Assembly (NCBI RefSeq): GCF_006345805.1
Contig: NC_043011.1
Location: forward strand, 434,001-498,000
Direction of reading: 5' to 3'
Source of the DNA: Octopus sinensis
Lineage: Eukaryota
Length of the DNA stretch: 64,000 nucleotides
In this document: piece by piece, positions 13,341-26,260 of the stretch
Numbering within the stretch: the stretch's first letter is position 1
How the letters are laid out: every line of letters starts with the position of its first letter
Notes under the pieces: model-generated
What the model saw: only the letters and a program-made list of their open reading frames with translations
What the model was told of the DNA's origin: nothing
The model's database searches: none
Made by a program: the position numbers and the translations under genes

Positions 13341-13718
13341 AAATATAATTAGTGTACTTGATTTATAATTTTATCATTTTTACTTAAATAAAATTAGAAT
13401 AATTAACGTTTGGTATAATTGTCCTTCCGAATAATTTTCATTCATGCAATTTTCCATTCGAATAATTATTTTCGAACAATTATTTTCCAACATTGTTCAC
13501 ATAATCTAAGTAAAATTCTGATATTTTATTTATTTATATATTATCATTTCTATGTAAGTAATAGTATAGTTTATAATAATCGTAACTTTATACATTTGTT
13601 TAATATCGGCGTACTTAGTAGAAACTTTTGAGTGAATGAATCGTTCATTAAAATTTTTTTTAATGAATTTAGTGTCTGAATAAAATATATCCTTATTTAT
13701 TTATTTTTTATCATAGTA

Positions 13719-15260
13719 CTAGCAGAGATACCCGGCGTTGCCCGTTTACATTCAATAGAAGAATTAGACTTTTCTGTTATATATATATATGGATACACAC
13801 ACACACACACACACACACAAATATATGTATATTAATATAAATACATGAAAGTACATGAAGTTTGTTAAAAAAAGGGGATCATGTAAATACCTCTTGGCTG
13901 TTGAGATTATAACACCTCGTTGTAAACAATGTTCCTTGTTTTTCCTTGTGGAGCATATACAAAAAGGTTTCTTTTGGTTCCTACTCTTGAGCAGCCAACA
14001 TACAGTTGCCCATGCGAGAAGCAGGGCTCTTCCAAGAGAAGACCAGCTACAGAGAGGGTTTGACCCTGAGATTTGTTAATGGACATGGCAAAGCTGACAC
14101 GAAGGGGGAATTGCAGTCTTCTGAATGTAAATGGAATTTCTGCTCCTGATGGAGTAAGAGGAAATCTTGGAATAAAGACGTCATCACCTTTTTCACATCC
14201 AGAAAGAATGATCGCCTCGATAACGTGTAATATCATTTTCTTTATCACCAGTCGTGTTCCATTGCAAAGTCTTGGTGGTTCCAGATTGCGGAGTAGCATT
14301 ACAGGAGTTCCAACTTTAAGTGGTAATATGTGTGGAGGTAGTCGAGGAGGGCTCCAGTGAATTGAGAAATTCAGGAGGATAGTTCACAACTTCATTTATA
14401 TCTGGAATTGTATCAACAGACTTGTAAGTGTGTATAGTGCCGGGAAGAGAATGCATTAGCTGTTGATTAATTTTGTTAACAGCGACGTTTTTTGGAGCTA
14501 ATATTGCTCTTTCACACAGCCAATTGTGATTTTGGTAGTTTTGTGTGAAGTTGGGAAAGACTTTGTTTTTGAGGTCATCTACAGAATTAACAACAGAGGA
14601 AAATGACCACACTTCCATTTGTCCTGCAGCGTCGAGAGGAATCTTGCCTTCACCAAGTGTCAAAATGTCATGTGCAAACTTTGTGGACATTTTGTTGCCG
14701 TGTAGTTGAGCTCTCATGTTAGTGGTGAGACTAAAGATTGTAACATGATGCCACAGGGTAGAGGACTTTAGGCATGCTTGAACTTCATCAGCTCTAGTGC
14801 CTTTCGGAATGACAGGAAGAGTTTGCCTGAAATCCCCTGACAACAGAAGCGTTACACCTCCCATTGGAGCCTGTCAGTCTCGGATGTCTTTCAGGGCTCT
14901 ATCTAATGCTTCCAAAGCTCCCTTGTGAGCCATAGTGCACTCATCCCAGACAATTACATAACACATTTTAAGTACTTGTCCCTGATCTGAGCTTTTGTTG
15001 ATGTTGCATGAAGGCATTTCGGATGCTGCTAAATTGAGAGGGAGTTTAAAAGTTGAGTGTGCTGTCCTGCCACCGGGTAACAAAGTAGCTGCAATGCACG
15101 AGGAGGCTACAGCTACTGCAATGTCCTGATGCTACCTAACTTCTGCAAGGAGAAGCTTTGTAATAAATGTTTTTCTTGTCCCTCCAGGAGCATCGAGGAA
15201 GAAGATTCGTCCCTCGCGTTGGCGTACACTGTTAAGAATAGTTCTGTAGGCCTGCAGCTG
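13719..15260 (-). mobile_element. Helitron remnant: PIF1-family helicase half of RepHel plus 3' terminus
   Basis: RIFFLDAPGGTRKTF (motif I), LPGGRTAHSTFKLP, IVWDECTM, GDFRQTLPV, RAILAPKN, RLCNGTRL, QFPLRVSFAMSINKSQGQTL and FSHGQLYVGCSRV, over several frameshifts. 3' end is cgggcaacgccggg-tatctctg-CTAG|T at about 13744-13718. Confidence 0.93.
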
Positions 15261-15289
15261 GTCCTATATGTATGTATGCCTGTATATAT

Positions 15290-15428
15290 GTACAAAATCC
15301 ACTGAGAAGGCTTTTGTTGGTCTGAAGCTACAGCAGAAGACACATGCCAAGTCACCACACAGTGGGACTGAACCCAGGACCATGTGTTTGGAACGTAGTT
15401 TGTTACCACACAGCCACACCTGCCCCTA
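15290..15428 (-). mobile_element. CORE-type SINE, 5' fragment
   Basis: Reverse complement of the head of the 16987 SINE (gtggctgtgtggtaa..gggttcagtcccactg). Confidence 0.75.
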
Positions 15429-16777
15429 TGTATGTGTGTGTGTGTGTGTGTGTGCGTATGTGTGTATGGGTAGATATATTATGCATGTATATATGTGTAC
15501 ATATTACATGTACATCTATATATATATACATCTACACATAAAATACAAAATACAAAGTTATATCTTGATATCGCTGGTGATAACAATACTCAAAATATAT
15601 AACAGACTGGAATTGTAGGTCCGTCTCTTGCAATTTCGATCAATTGGATTTTATCCTCCCTCCTGTATAGAAGTGTACGGCTGCAACGAAATTCATTTTT
15701 GGACTTTCTTCTATCGAAGGCATTTAAACAAAAATGCTTCCGTAAAGACAGTGAAAATATTGTCAATTTCCCCAAACAGGGACACAATTCAATTTTTAAA
15801 CAATAACCAAAGCCCCTTCTCCGAAAGGGGGAGGGTTACGGTTTACAATTATTTAAGAAATGCAACACAACAACGTTTCCCTGACGAGGAACCAACAAAC
15901 GTGATTACAATAGTCAAACAGTAATAATAATAACAACAAATCTTTTAAATTTATCCCCATTTATGTGAAACCACTTATTCAAGTTCAAGTCATTGATGCA
16001 ATTTTATACGAATTGCTAATACACACACACACATAATAAGGGTGAAAAAATGAATATTAATTTGATTAATATGAATTGAAAACCAGTGGTGTAGCATATA
16101 AGACCATAGCGGATCTTCTTCTAGCAAAAAGGATGACCAGTATTAATGGCTCATCCCTGTTATATAAATACTTTCAATTTAATTGTTGCACACTTGCAAA
16201 GAGAAAGTAGGAGAAAGTGTGGTGGTAATGGAAGGAGTGAAGCACTTGAAATGAGAGAGGCAAATCGTAAAATATTGAGTTTTCTCGAATTTTTGCTTAA
16301 TTGGGGGGGTCAAACTGAAAAAACTTTACATGCCATGACCCAATCGAATCTACTTGAAAAATCATAGGTAAATTCCAATTGAAGAAATTCTATATTGTAG
16401 AATTGTATTAAAAGAAACATGGGAACAGGCAGAGAAAATCTGCCTTTTATCATAAGAGATAAGAGATATAGTAATTTTAAATAAAATATATTTCCTATTA
16501 TTTGTTTAAGATGTTATTTCCAGCGGTTATTTTCGATTAAAATATCTTTAGATTAATATTATTGAAGATGCATAAGAACATTTTATGGCCGTTGTAATTC
16601 ATTTGTTTACTTTATCATTTTATCTATTTGAATTTTCGATTTGTTTTTATTATATTTATTACATTTTTTAATTATTAACGCTCACGCTTGTGAACATAGG
16701 TATATTTTAAATCAGTCTCTTTTATGATTCAGCAATCCTTGCATGGAATTTTTGTCTGTCTTTTTGAACAAATATTA

Positions 16778-16855
16778 CCCCGAGGAGACTCATATGCATA
16801 CATGTGGATTTTTATAAATTCACTAGTGGATATGAGTCGAAATAAATTGTTAGAT
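16778..16855 (+). ncRNA. Hammerhead-like motif with long helix II
   Basis: CCGAGGA-gactcatat...gtggattt(ttat)aaattcac...atatgagtc-GAAA. Helices I and III are degenerate. Confidence 0.45.
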
Positions 16856-16986
16856 TTATATTTGTTTTAACTATTAGTTATATTATATTATATTATATCT
16901 TTCTATAGTATAACGATATTATAATGTAAATAAAATTTTAATATCTCAATTGTATTTCCCTATTTCCTTTAATATTTGTATATATA

Positions 16987-17407
16987 GGCGCAGGGGTGGC
17001 TGTTTGGTAAGTAGCTTGCTAACCAACCACATGGTTCCGGGTTCAGTCCCACTGCGTGGCATCTTGGGCAAGTGTCTTCTGCTATAGCCCCGGGCCGACC
17101 AATGCCTTGTGAGTGGATTTGGTAGACGGAAACTGAAAGAAGCCTGTCGTATATATGTATATGTATATATAAGTGTGTGCGAATATGTTTGTGTGTCTGT
17201 GTTTGTTTCCCAGCATTGCTTGACAACCGATGCTAGTGTGTTTACGTCCCCGTCACTTAGCGGTTCGGCAAAAGAGACCGATAGAATAAGTACTGGGCTT
17301 ACAAAGAATAAGTCCCGGGGTCGATTTGCTCGACTAAAGGCGGTGCTCCAGCATGGCCGCAGTCAAATGACTGAAACAAGTAAAAAGAGTAAAAAGAGTA
17401 AAGAGTA
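16987..17407 (+). mobile_element. tRNA-derived CORE-type SINE with CR1-like tail
   Basis: A box (gtggctgtttggtaag), B box (gggttcagtccc), CORE-like cttgggcaagtgtctt, internal TA/GT microsatellite, and tail ggcggtgctccagcatggccgcagtc..(gtaaaaga)n. Confidence 0.88.
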
Positions 17408-17742
17408 TACTCTTTTACTCTTTTACTTGTTTCAGTCATTTGACTGCAGCTATGCTGGAGCACCGCCTTTAGTCGAGCCAATCGACCCCAGAACTTATTC
17501 TTTGTAAGCCTGGTACTTATTCTATCGGTCTATTTTGCCGAACCGCTACATTACGAGAACGTAAACCCACCAACATCGGTTGTCAAAGCGATTGTGGGGG
17601 ACAAATAAAGACACAAACACATAATACATACAACCAAATCCTCTCACAAGGTTTTGGTCGGCCTGAGGCTCTAGAAGAAGACGAATACCCACGGTATCAC
17701 GCTGTGGGACTGAACTCGGAACCGTGTGTTGGGAGTCAAGCT
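17408..17742 (-). mobile_element. Second, more diverged CORE-type SINE copy, tail-to-tail with the previous one
   Basis: Reverse complement of 16990-17407. The junction is the palindrome aagagta|tactctt. Confidence 0.85.
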
Positions 17743-17759
17743 AAGGAAACGAATTCGAT

Positions 17760-18880
17760 TCATATTTCCATCAGAAACATAGATATTGTTATTATTATTG
17801 TTCAAGGAATGGTTAGCGTTATTATTTCCATTAAGAGGATTTATATCTAATAACTTATGGCTATGTGAAGAAATGATTTATGAAAGGTCTTTGTAGTTTG
17901 AAAATCCTATCCTAATTCGGCGTGAATTGATAATGAAAGGGTATCCAAAATTTTGTGAAAAATTCTTGTCTATAGCTTCACGGAACTGATAAGGGAGGTT
18001 GGATTTGATCTGCTTATAAAATAGAATGATCATCCAAATTGTTTTACTAGAGTCAAGCCTGTTATTTTGGTAATTATCTCTAAAAGTCCTAGACTTATTT
18101 TTATTTACGTAAAGAGGGAAATAAAGAACGGTATCTCCGTTTCACTGCAAAATTAAATTTTTGGATTTATTGTTATTATCCGAACTAAAATTTATATTGT
18201 TATTACCAGTAGGATGTATTTTCTTGTCTTGATTAACAGAGTCAGAATTAATGTCAATAGGGTTAAGATACGTAATTTTTCTTTATAGCCTGCTTTAAAT
18301 AAGGCAGAGTTATAAAATTCAGCTTTATCGTTAAAGATATCAACATGAGCAGATAGTCTAGAAAGTCTAAGTGAAATACTTTTAACTAAGTTTTTTGTTA
18401 TAGACTTCGGATGATTACTAAAAAAGCTAATGTATATTCAATTAGTTGAGAGCTTATAGTATGGGAAATGTGAATCTTGTATAAGTTAAGGGTAATATTT
18501 AAAAAAATTGGCTTTAGTTATATCATCATCGAAAATAACGTTTAAGCCCATTTTTCCGAAAAATTTAACTAATCTGTTTTTGATCCTTTGTTATTTTTGG
18601 TTAGAAACATTTTGAAGGTAGAGTAAACAATCATCTCGATATAAACCTCCCTTGATGTTTAGGAATTGGTCAGTCATCTCAGAAAATATGTAGATACCGA
18701 CCAAATTAGAAATTTGTGCAGAGTCTGAACTTCTCATCGTAGCATCATAACAATCAGGCCTATCTTTACAGACCAAAAACTTATTTTCAAATTTAATGAT
18801 TGATTTTTCTGGCAGCTAACATCACATTAATTTCATCCCGGGAGAGACCGGCTTTGTTGAGTGCAAACCAGAGAGCTTAT
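17760..18880 (-). mobile_element. Degenerate Penelope-like RT fragment
   Basis: MRSSDSAQISNLVGIYI..IKGGLYRDDCLL, and further downstream NFFKYYP (FLDI-like region) and YFPLYV. Confidence 0.8.
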
Positions 18881-19020
18881 TTTATGTTAAGACTGGTACT
18901 TATTATATCGTCTCTTTTTGCCGTACCGCTAGATTACAGGGAAGCAAACGAATCAACACCGATTGTCAAGCGGTGTTAGGGGCAAACATAAACACAGACA
19001 CACATCTAAATATATACATA

Positions 19021-19870
19021 CAGGTTGAGTCAAAAGTTTCTTCGTATTTCAATCTTCAAACAAGTTGCAAATGAAAAGCGTTTATTCATCAAAATATATC
19101 CCATCATATTCTATTGTGTGTTGCCAACGTTTAGAGCAAAGACCCCACTGTATGTGTTTTCAACCCTATCCGCATTGTTGAACCTCCGTCCGTGTATGAA
19201 ATAAGCTATGGTTTGAAAAAGGTGATTATCTGATGGTGCAAAATCTGGACTTATGACAGGGTGAGGCAACCCTTCGAGCCACTCAAGTTTCTCAAGTTTG
19301 TGCTTGGTTACATTGGCAGTGTGTGCTGGGGTAATTGATATAGTGTAGGAGTGCATGTTTTCGATTGACCAATGCCGGGTAGTAGGCATTCAAAGCATCA
19401 TATTCTTGCTGCAGTTGTTGAACATAGAGGTTCGCGTTCACAGTATGACCATCAAAGTGTAACACCACTCGAAATTCCACCAGACACAACATAGCCTGTG
19501 AAAACTTGTTTGATATAAAATTCTGAAGCCTGGCCGGAACGACGCCACTGATTTCTATTAGTTTTACGAAAATAGATCCATTTTTCATACTCAGTTACAA
19601 TTCGACGCCAAAAACGGGCATTCCGAAGATTTGCCAAAAGTTGTTTGCAAATGTTCAAGCTAATTATTGGTGAGTTTATGAGGAGCTTCTTTATAGCGTC
19701 TGTTCACAAAACTGAGCTCATAGAGGTGTCGATTGAAGGTGCTTTGTGAAGGACCAAGTTTTGCCGACAATAAACGAATGCTTGTGTTTACTTGTTGTTC
19801 AGCCATTTCTAGCAAGGCCTAATCTTCTACATCAGAAGGTCTCTCTGACCTTGGTTTGTCTTCGAGAGTT
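19021..19870 (-). mobile_element. Degenerate mariner transposon (3' two-thirds)
   Basis: RRIVTEYEKWIYF, TVNANLYVQQL and LPHPVISPDFAPSDNHLF. Putative TIR start TA|caggttgagtcaaaag at 19019. Confidence 0.85.
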
Positions 19871-20410
19871 AGTATATGTTAAGTAGAGACTGTTTCATAT
19901 GGGTGTATATGAGATAGCATTTTGTACTTTCCATGTCTCCTAGAGCTTTAGATGCATGTATGTAGCTAGGCTCTGGAGATGATTGTGGTGTGTTGGTGAC
20001 TTTTACTGATGGGTGATGAGTGAATACAGTTTAGGTGTTAGAGGATTATGTAGAGTCTGAATGGTTGTAATAAGGGTGAATATTTAAGTTATTGAATCCA
20101 ATTGGATTGGGACATGGGAAGTTCGTTTGGGGGTAGAAATGTGCTTGAAGGTTTGTGTGGAGATGTGGAGAGGAAGTTAAGAATGTTCACTATTTTTGTA
20201 CAATCTGTAATTCCGTTAAAGCAGAATTTCATATCGCACTGTTTCTAAAATATTCTAAATGACCTTTCGTTTTGATCATTTTGAATAAAGGCAGTCTTAC
20301 AAAGAAAATATTTAACTTTAAATATATATATGCTTCACTAATTTACGATAATGATCATTTATATTAATTTCTTTAACCCCTGAAATACAAAACGTATGTG
20401 GGCAACGTAC

Positions 20411-20660
20411 TATGTTCGAAAACAGAAACTTGTGATTTCAGTATCTACCTCACCACCTGCACACTTATTCAAGCCATAAAATTTTACGTCACCCAATCCA
20501 GTATATACGCTGTTACAAGCTTTCAAACAAGACCCTGTTTGATACCTGTACACAATTTTACAGCAGCTATTCATGTGCATTTGCTGCATCAATATAACCA
20601 GTCTGGGGTGGCATGAAAAGGCCATAGGTGCTGTCACACGTCTGCTTATAAGAAATAAAA
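20411..20660 (-). CDS. Possible internal exon of an unknown Cys-rich protein
   Basis: Acceptor gtttcctcttttcAG, then a stop-free frame LFLISRRVTAPMAFSCHPRLVILMQQMHMNSCCKIVYRYQTGSCLKACNSVYTGLGDVKFYGLNKCAGGEVDTEITSFCFRT, then donor-like GTACGT. It lies in non-repetitive sequence. No homology recognised. Confidence 0.28.
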
Positions 20661-21910
20661 CTGAAAAGAGGAAACAACTATTTAAGTGTTTAGTTACACT
20701 TATATCAAAATAAGGAAAACCTTTCGCTCTCCTGAATGCTTGCGCACTTATCCAATCTCATTTTCTTTTGGTTAAGATAACAGAGTTATTTGGCACTGAA
20801 CTCGAAATTATGTATTGAAATATGAGATAACATAATTCTTTCGAAACAAGATGATGAACTGCATCTTATCGCAGAAGATTACTTTTACACCGATGTTGAA
20901 GGGGGGGGGGTAAAGGTAACTGAAGAGAATGAAATAAAATAATGATTTAAGCACTTAGTACCATACGACTAGTGAACGAAGAATGAAATTGTTTAATATT
21001 TCTTTCTTTCTTAAATGAACTGGATTGAAATGGTTACATATTTTACCTTCTAAGAAATCTACTTCTTACTCTATTGCAAGAATTGTGACACATTTGGCTA
21101 TTAAAGGCATTATTATTCAAAGTTAATATACTTAGACTGTGCTGATGTAGTTATGAATCTACACTTTGAAAATTGATCGTTTTGCCCTTATTTGTGATAA
21201 GTACAGCTCTTCAAGCTGGAAATCTGACTGGTTCAAGCGTAACGTTAACCATTTTCATATGTTTCAATTAATTTTTAAAATAATTAAAATTATGTGAAAT
21301 TTAGAAAAATAAATAACTTTTTGTATCAATTGCTATATTAAACGGTTGTTTAGGATATAATACAACAAATGATTCTTACACCAAATTATAACTGGAAGCT
21401 TTTAATTCAATAATGAATACTTTAGACGGTTTTGTATCAAAGAATCAGATAGAAGCTGTTTCCGACTGGTCGAGAGCAGAAGGATTACAGTTAATCTGTG
21501 GTCGCCTATCCTGTTACGTAAAGCAACTGAACCTCTCTAAAATCACATATAAAGTCTTCACATATAAAACGAAAGGATGCGTGGCAATGGATAAAAATGG
21601 ATAGGTCATTACTGGTACTCCTTTGGCCTACTCGATCGGGGACTAGCCTGTAAAAAAAAATTAAAACAAAAAAGACCAGCACAAACTTAGTCAGCTATTG
21701 CTAGCTGGTATCAAACATTGATTGCTCTTTTAATAATATTTTCGATACAGTAAATGGCTTTCTGTATAAATTGGTGGAGCTGATATAAGCTATAAAATAC
21801 CTGAAATACAATTAACATAGATTACGAAAGAACAAAAACTAAGAAAGCACTAACTATGGTTTACTACAGATGCCTATAACTTAATTAAGCAAAAAGAAAA
21901 AGCGCGCGCG

Positions 21911-21949
<39 letters not shown>

Positions 21950-22095
21950 AAGAGAGAGAAAGAGAGAGAAAAAAGAGAAAGAGAGTGAAGGTGGGGGAAA
22001 ACAAGTGAGAAAGAAAGAGGTGAGAGCAAAGGCGAGATAGAGAGAAGAGAGAGTGTGTGCAAGAGAGACAGTGTGTGTGGCTGTGTGTGTGGCTT

Positions 22096-22140
<45 letters not shown>

Positions 22141-22387
22141 AACTTCACAAATTATGCATTAGAACAATATAACACCTCGCAGTACCAATAATGAAACTGC
22201 TCTTCTGAGACACAATGTGATTAAGCTCTATAACGGGTATTTTTCTGATAACTCCAGTGATATCGATGAAATTTGGTACAGTCAGGTATCAATAATTTCC
22301 TTACTTGAAGTACTCATCAATTTCTGCCAGTACTTTTTTAGTATTAGTACTTAGGAGTCACTTCCCCGCTTATTATCCTTACTTGTA

Positions 22388-22575
22388 AGGCGGCGAGCCG
22401 GCAGAATCGTTACCGTGTCGGACTTTTTACATTCTGAGTTCAAATCCTCCCGAGGCGAAGTCTGCTTTTCATCCTTTCGGGGTCGATAAAATAATGCACC
22501 AGTATTGTACTGGGGTTGATATAATCGACTTACACTCTACCTCGAAACTGCTGGTCTTGCGCCAAAATTAGAAAG
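22388..22575 (+). mobile_element. Nin-domain SINE (alternative tail)
   Basis: ggcggcgagccggcagaatcgtta..gagttcaaatcc..ttcatcctttcggggtcgataaa. Related copies at 49207-49403, 50050-50160 (-), 50339-50520 and 60820-60900. Confidence 0.75.
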
Positions 22576-22709
22576 AATTAATTATCACTTGTGATATCAG
22601 TCGCCATACCGAGGAAATCAGTTAAAACTTTTGAGCATGACTGTTACTACACATGTGGGAGATCAAAGGCTAACTTGTCAAATATTGTTCTCAGTGACCA
22701 CCATGAAAG

Positions 22710-22875
22710 AAATGTCTTCTAGTCGACATATCACTCCCAACAGATGACAATATTTCTTTCTAAAAGAAATGGAGAAACTCTCGAAATACAGAGATCTGGA
22801 AATAGAGATAACCCAAATGTGAAACCGACGACAGAAACAGTTCCTATTGTAACAAGTGCTTTAGTATGGTCAAAC
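22710..22875 (+). mobile_element. Fragment of an R4/Dong-type restriction-like endonuclease domain
   Basis: CLLVDISLP..EKLSKYRDLEIEITQM..TETVPIV, homologous to the C-terminus of ORF 29491..30453. Confidence 0.7.
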
Positions 22876-22944
22876 AGTTTACGGATATAACAGTTGGATT
22901 CGATCCCACATTTTACCACATTGAATTTTGGTCCAATCAATGGC

Positions 22945-25900
22945 CGTTGTTCACGGGATAGTCTGGTAGCAGATAAGAAACTCCTGTGAACAGAACCTAC
23001 AAATATACAGCATATCTGAGCGTGAAAACTTCAGAATGATTCCGATCCTTGGTTGCTTTCACTCTGTACACATAGTTTTGTTTTCACAGCTACATATTCA
23101 ACCTGACACGACAGAAGAAGAAAACGCCACAGCAACAAGAATATATATTGATGCGAAAAAATTTCAGACGAAGACTTTCTGCACTTGTCATATACGTTAT
23201 TTCATCTGAATATTCCTTTTCTTGTATTGCATGAACACTTTCTGTATTAATGTAGCAATAAATTATGTTCATATACATAAAACAAGTCTTCACTCGACTT
23301 GCTACAGTTGGTGATCACCAATGATGAAAACAAATCACCTTTCGGACGCCATAAGAAACCTACTTTCTACAATTTCCTCTAGTTCAGAACGATCTTTTGT
23401 TTTTACACAATTCTCTCATATCTTATCGTTGATTTCCTGGCGTCGTCCCTGTGATTCTGTAATGATTCTAATCATCACTGTCGTTTGCTTCGATGTCTTC
23501 AGAGATAGCCTTATTTCGCAAGTCAACCGACGAGAAGATACAGGCCCTTACAGACAAGCTCAAACGTTTGAAGTTCCCAAGGTATCGTCCGCGCACGAAG
23601 TCCGGTAGCCGTAGAAATACAAAAAAGCGATCTTCTAGTGCCCTAGTGTTAGGAAAATCAAATTACCAGAGACTGAATGCGACTAAATCTAAAGGTGAAT
23701 CATAAGTTTGTCGCGTTTTCTTCATTTTCGACGCTATCTCCAAGCAACGATTAGAGCAGCGTGTGACATCTGGCATGCCAGCCTGCTTTCTCACTCGCGT
23801 AAACTGACTTTTGTTACCCTGCAAGTAGTTAATCATTCACCTATCCCTACGTTCCTACATGCGGAGAAAATCTTTTATTCGGGATCTAATCTAAGGTGAC
23901 ACTTTAAATGGATAGTCATCATCGCAGACCTACTATATCCTATCCTTGGAGCTGACTTCTTACACCATTTTTGTCTTCAAGTCGATTTAAGGCATAAGCA
24001 GTTGTTTGATACCAGAACCGGATTATCAGCACAAGGTATGCCCTCAAGGCCTTTTACCGTCAGTCAATTTTTTTGTTCCATCTGTATCCAATCGTTTCTA
24101 CGAGATTCTTCAGCAGTTTCCGAGTATTACCTGTACTGTGTTCTATAACAAGATTCCAGTGTTGTCGGTTACTAAACATATCATTACGAAAGGTCCTCTT
24201 GTTTCATCTCATCCCAGACGTTACCATGGTCAAACTTAAAATTGCAAGAGAAGAGTTCGGTCATATGTTGGAAAAACTCTAAAGAGGTTAGCACCCTTGC
24301 AGCGACTACAAGGATCTAAATGCTTTGACAGTACCAGACATGTATCCCGCTTATTCACGATTTTCCAGCATCCTTACACGGTTGTTACAGTCTTTCGAAG
24401 ATCGATCTAATACGTGCCCATAACCAAATTCCTATTGAACCAGTCGATATTCTCCAGACAGCGATAAGCTCTCTTTATGGACTTTTGAAGTTTATTACGA
24501 CCTTCGTAATACTGCTGTGGTCTAGATTTTGTTTTTGCCTTCATTGATGATTTATTAAATGTTAGCTCCACAGAAGAGCAACATTTTCTTCATTTGGAAC
24601 AGCTTTGTACTTGATTATCACAGCATAGTGTTATAATTAATACCGTAAATATCTTTTTCGCGTCCCTTTCATCACATTTTTCGCGTCCCTTTCATCATAT
24701 TTTTGGGACATGTCATTGATAAAGATGGAATTCATTCGGTAAAGGGTAAAAGTCCATGCTGTTCATGATATTCCAGTTCCTACTTCACTATGGAAGTTAC
24801 GAGAATTTCTCGGACTTATTAACTTATAGAAGATCCATTCCACATTGTACAGAAGCTATTTTTCCTCTCACCGAATTGCAATGTAATCAAAAAAAAAAAA
24901 AAAAAAGAAGAAGAAAGAAGGAAGCTATATAATTAAATTCAGCAGCACTGAAGCTTTCGATGGCGAGCTGGCAGAATCGCTAGCACGCCGGGCGAAATGC
25001 TAAGCGGTATTTCGTCTGCCGCTACGTTCTGAGTTCAAATTCTGCCGAGGTCGACTTTGCCTTTCATCCTTTCTGGGTCGATTAAATAAGTACCAGTTAC
25101 GCACTGGGGTTGATGTAATCGGCTTCACCCGTTTGTCTGTCCTTGTTTGTCCCCTCTATGTTTAGCCCCTTGTGGGTAGTAAAGAAATAGGTATTAAAGA
25201 AAATTATCGTGAGTTACACTGTTGGCACATCCCGTTCCAGAAACACAATTAACACTAATGGTTGATGCTTCAAATAGCGATATCAGCGGAGTTTTGCAAC
25301 AATTCGTGCAAAATGTTTGGCAACCCCTTTCTTTTTTTTTTCCAGAAACGTGATACAACACTTTTGGTGGCGTAGTTTTTGTTGCTTATTTAGCAGTGAA
25401 ACATGTTTAGTATTTTTTAGAAGGGCGACAGTTTACGATTTTCATCGATCATAAATCATTGACATTCGCACTGCAATCTAAAATCGAAAATAAAGGTATC
25501 TGGTATCTCCATTAGTGATAACAGATACTTTTATTTTATTTCGCAATTCACTGAGGATATACGTTACATCAAGGGTATTGTTAATTCAGCGATGGATACC
25601 TTATCTAGCGTTCATGTCGACGCTTTGCACACTCCTGATTGAAGTGATTTGCAATAGATCGTTTTGGATGAAGAAAAAGACGAGGAATTTTTACAACTCC
25701 AAAAATTGGAATCACCAATCGCCTTTTGCCATTATATTCTACTGATTCGTCTATTTGGTGTGATATTTCTGCTGTTGTTTTTCCCGACTTCCCGTTCCAA
25801 AGAATCATGGACAAACTGTCGTCTCCGCTCTTCATAATTTATCTTATCCTGGTATTTTGGCTACAGCGAATTTGATTTCGATCCCGCGTTTGCCACATAG

Positions 25901-26260
25901 AGATCATAAGCTAATTATGTGCGTAATTCAATTTCGGCTGTTGTCCGCGTGATAGTCTGGTGATATGACTAGAACATTTTGTGAGCAGAGCCTACAAATA
26001 CAGCGTTCACTCTCTACACATAGCTGTTTTAACATTGCACGATAGAGGAAAACAGAACACACCACTGCAACAAGAACCTGTACTGATGTGAAACAATTAA
26101 CCCAAACGTTGAATTTCTGACAAAGACTTTCTGCACTTGTCATACGCATCGTTTCATCTGAATATTCCTTTTCTTGTATTGCATGAATACTTTATGCATA
26201 ATATAAGAAATAAATTATGTTCATATACATAAAACAAGCCTTCACTCAACTCAGCACACA
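22945..26260 (+). mobile_element. Decayed Ty3/Gypsy LTR retrotransposon with both LTRs (about 22945-23306 and 25939-26260)
   Basis: Direct repeats share aagactttctgcacttgtcata..tttcatctgaatattccttttcttgtattgcatgaa. PBS-like tggtgatc at 23309. Internal remnants: ILGADFLHHF (protease), DYKDLNALTVPDMYP and SKIDLIRAHNQIPI (RT), FIDDLL, LMVDAS..GVLQQ and FLEGRQFTIFIDHKSL (RNase H). Integrase is largely deleted. Confidence 0.9.
24961..25192 (+). mobile_element. Nin-domain SINE with Tx1-like tail, nested in the Gypsy pol
   Basis: ggcgagctggcagaatcg..gagttcaaattc..gcctttcatccttt..aagtaccag, and tail tttgtcccctctatgtttagccccttgtgggtagtaaagaaata. Confidence 0.88.

Noticed and set aside
13907-15230. 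Host PIF1 helicase gene
   Set aside because: Intronless, frameshifted, with a mutated Walker A, and followed by a Helitron hairpin-CTAG terminus.
15870-15900. Hammerhead at gtttccctgacgagga
   Set aside because: The CUGACGA and GAAAC boxes are on opposite strands and no helix II forms.
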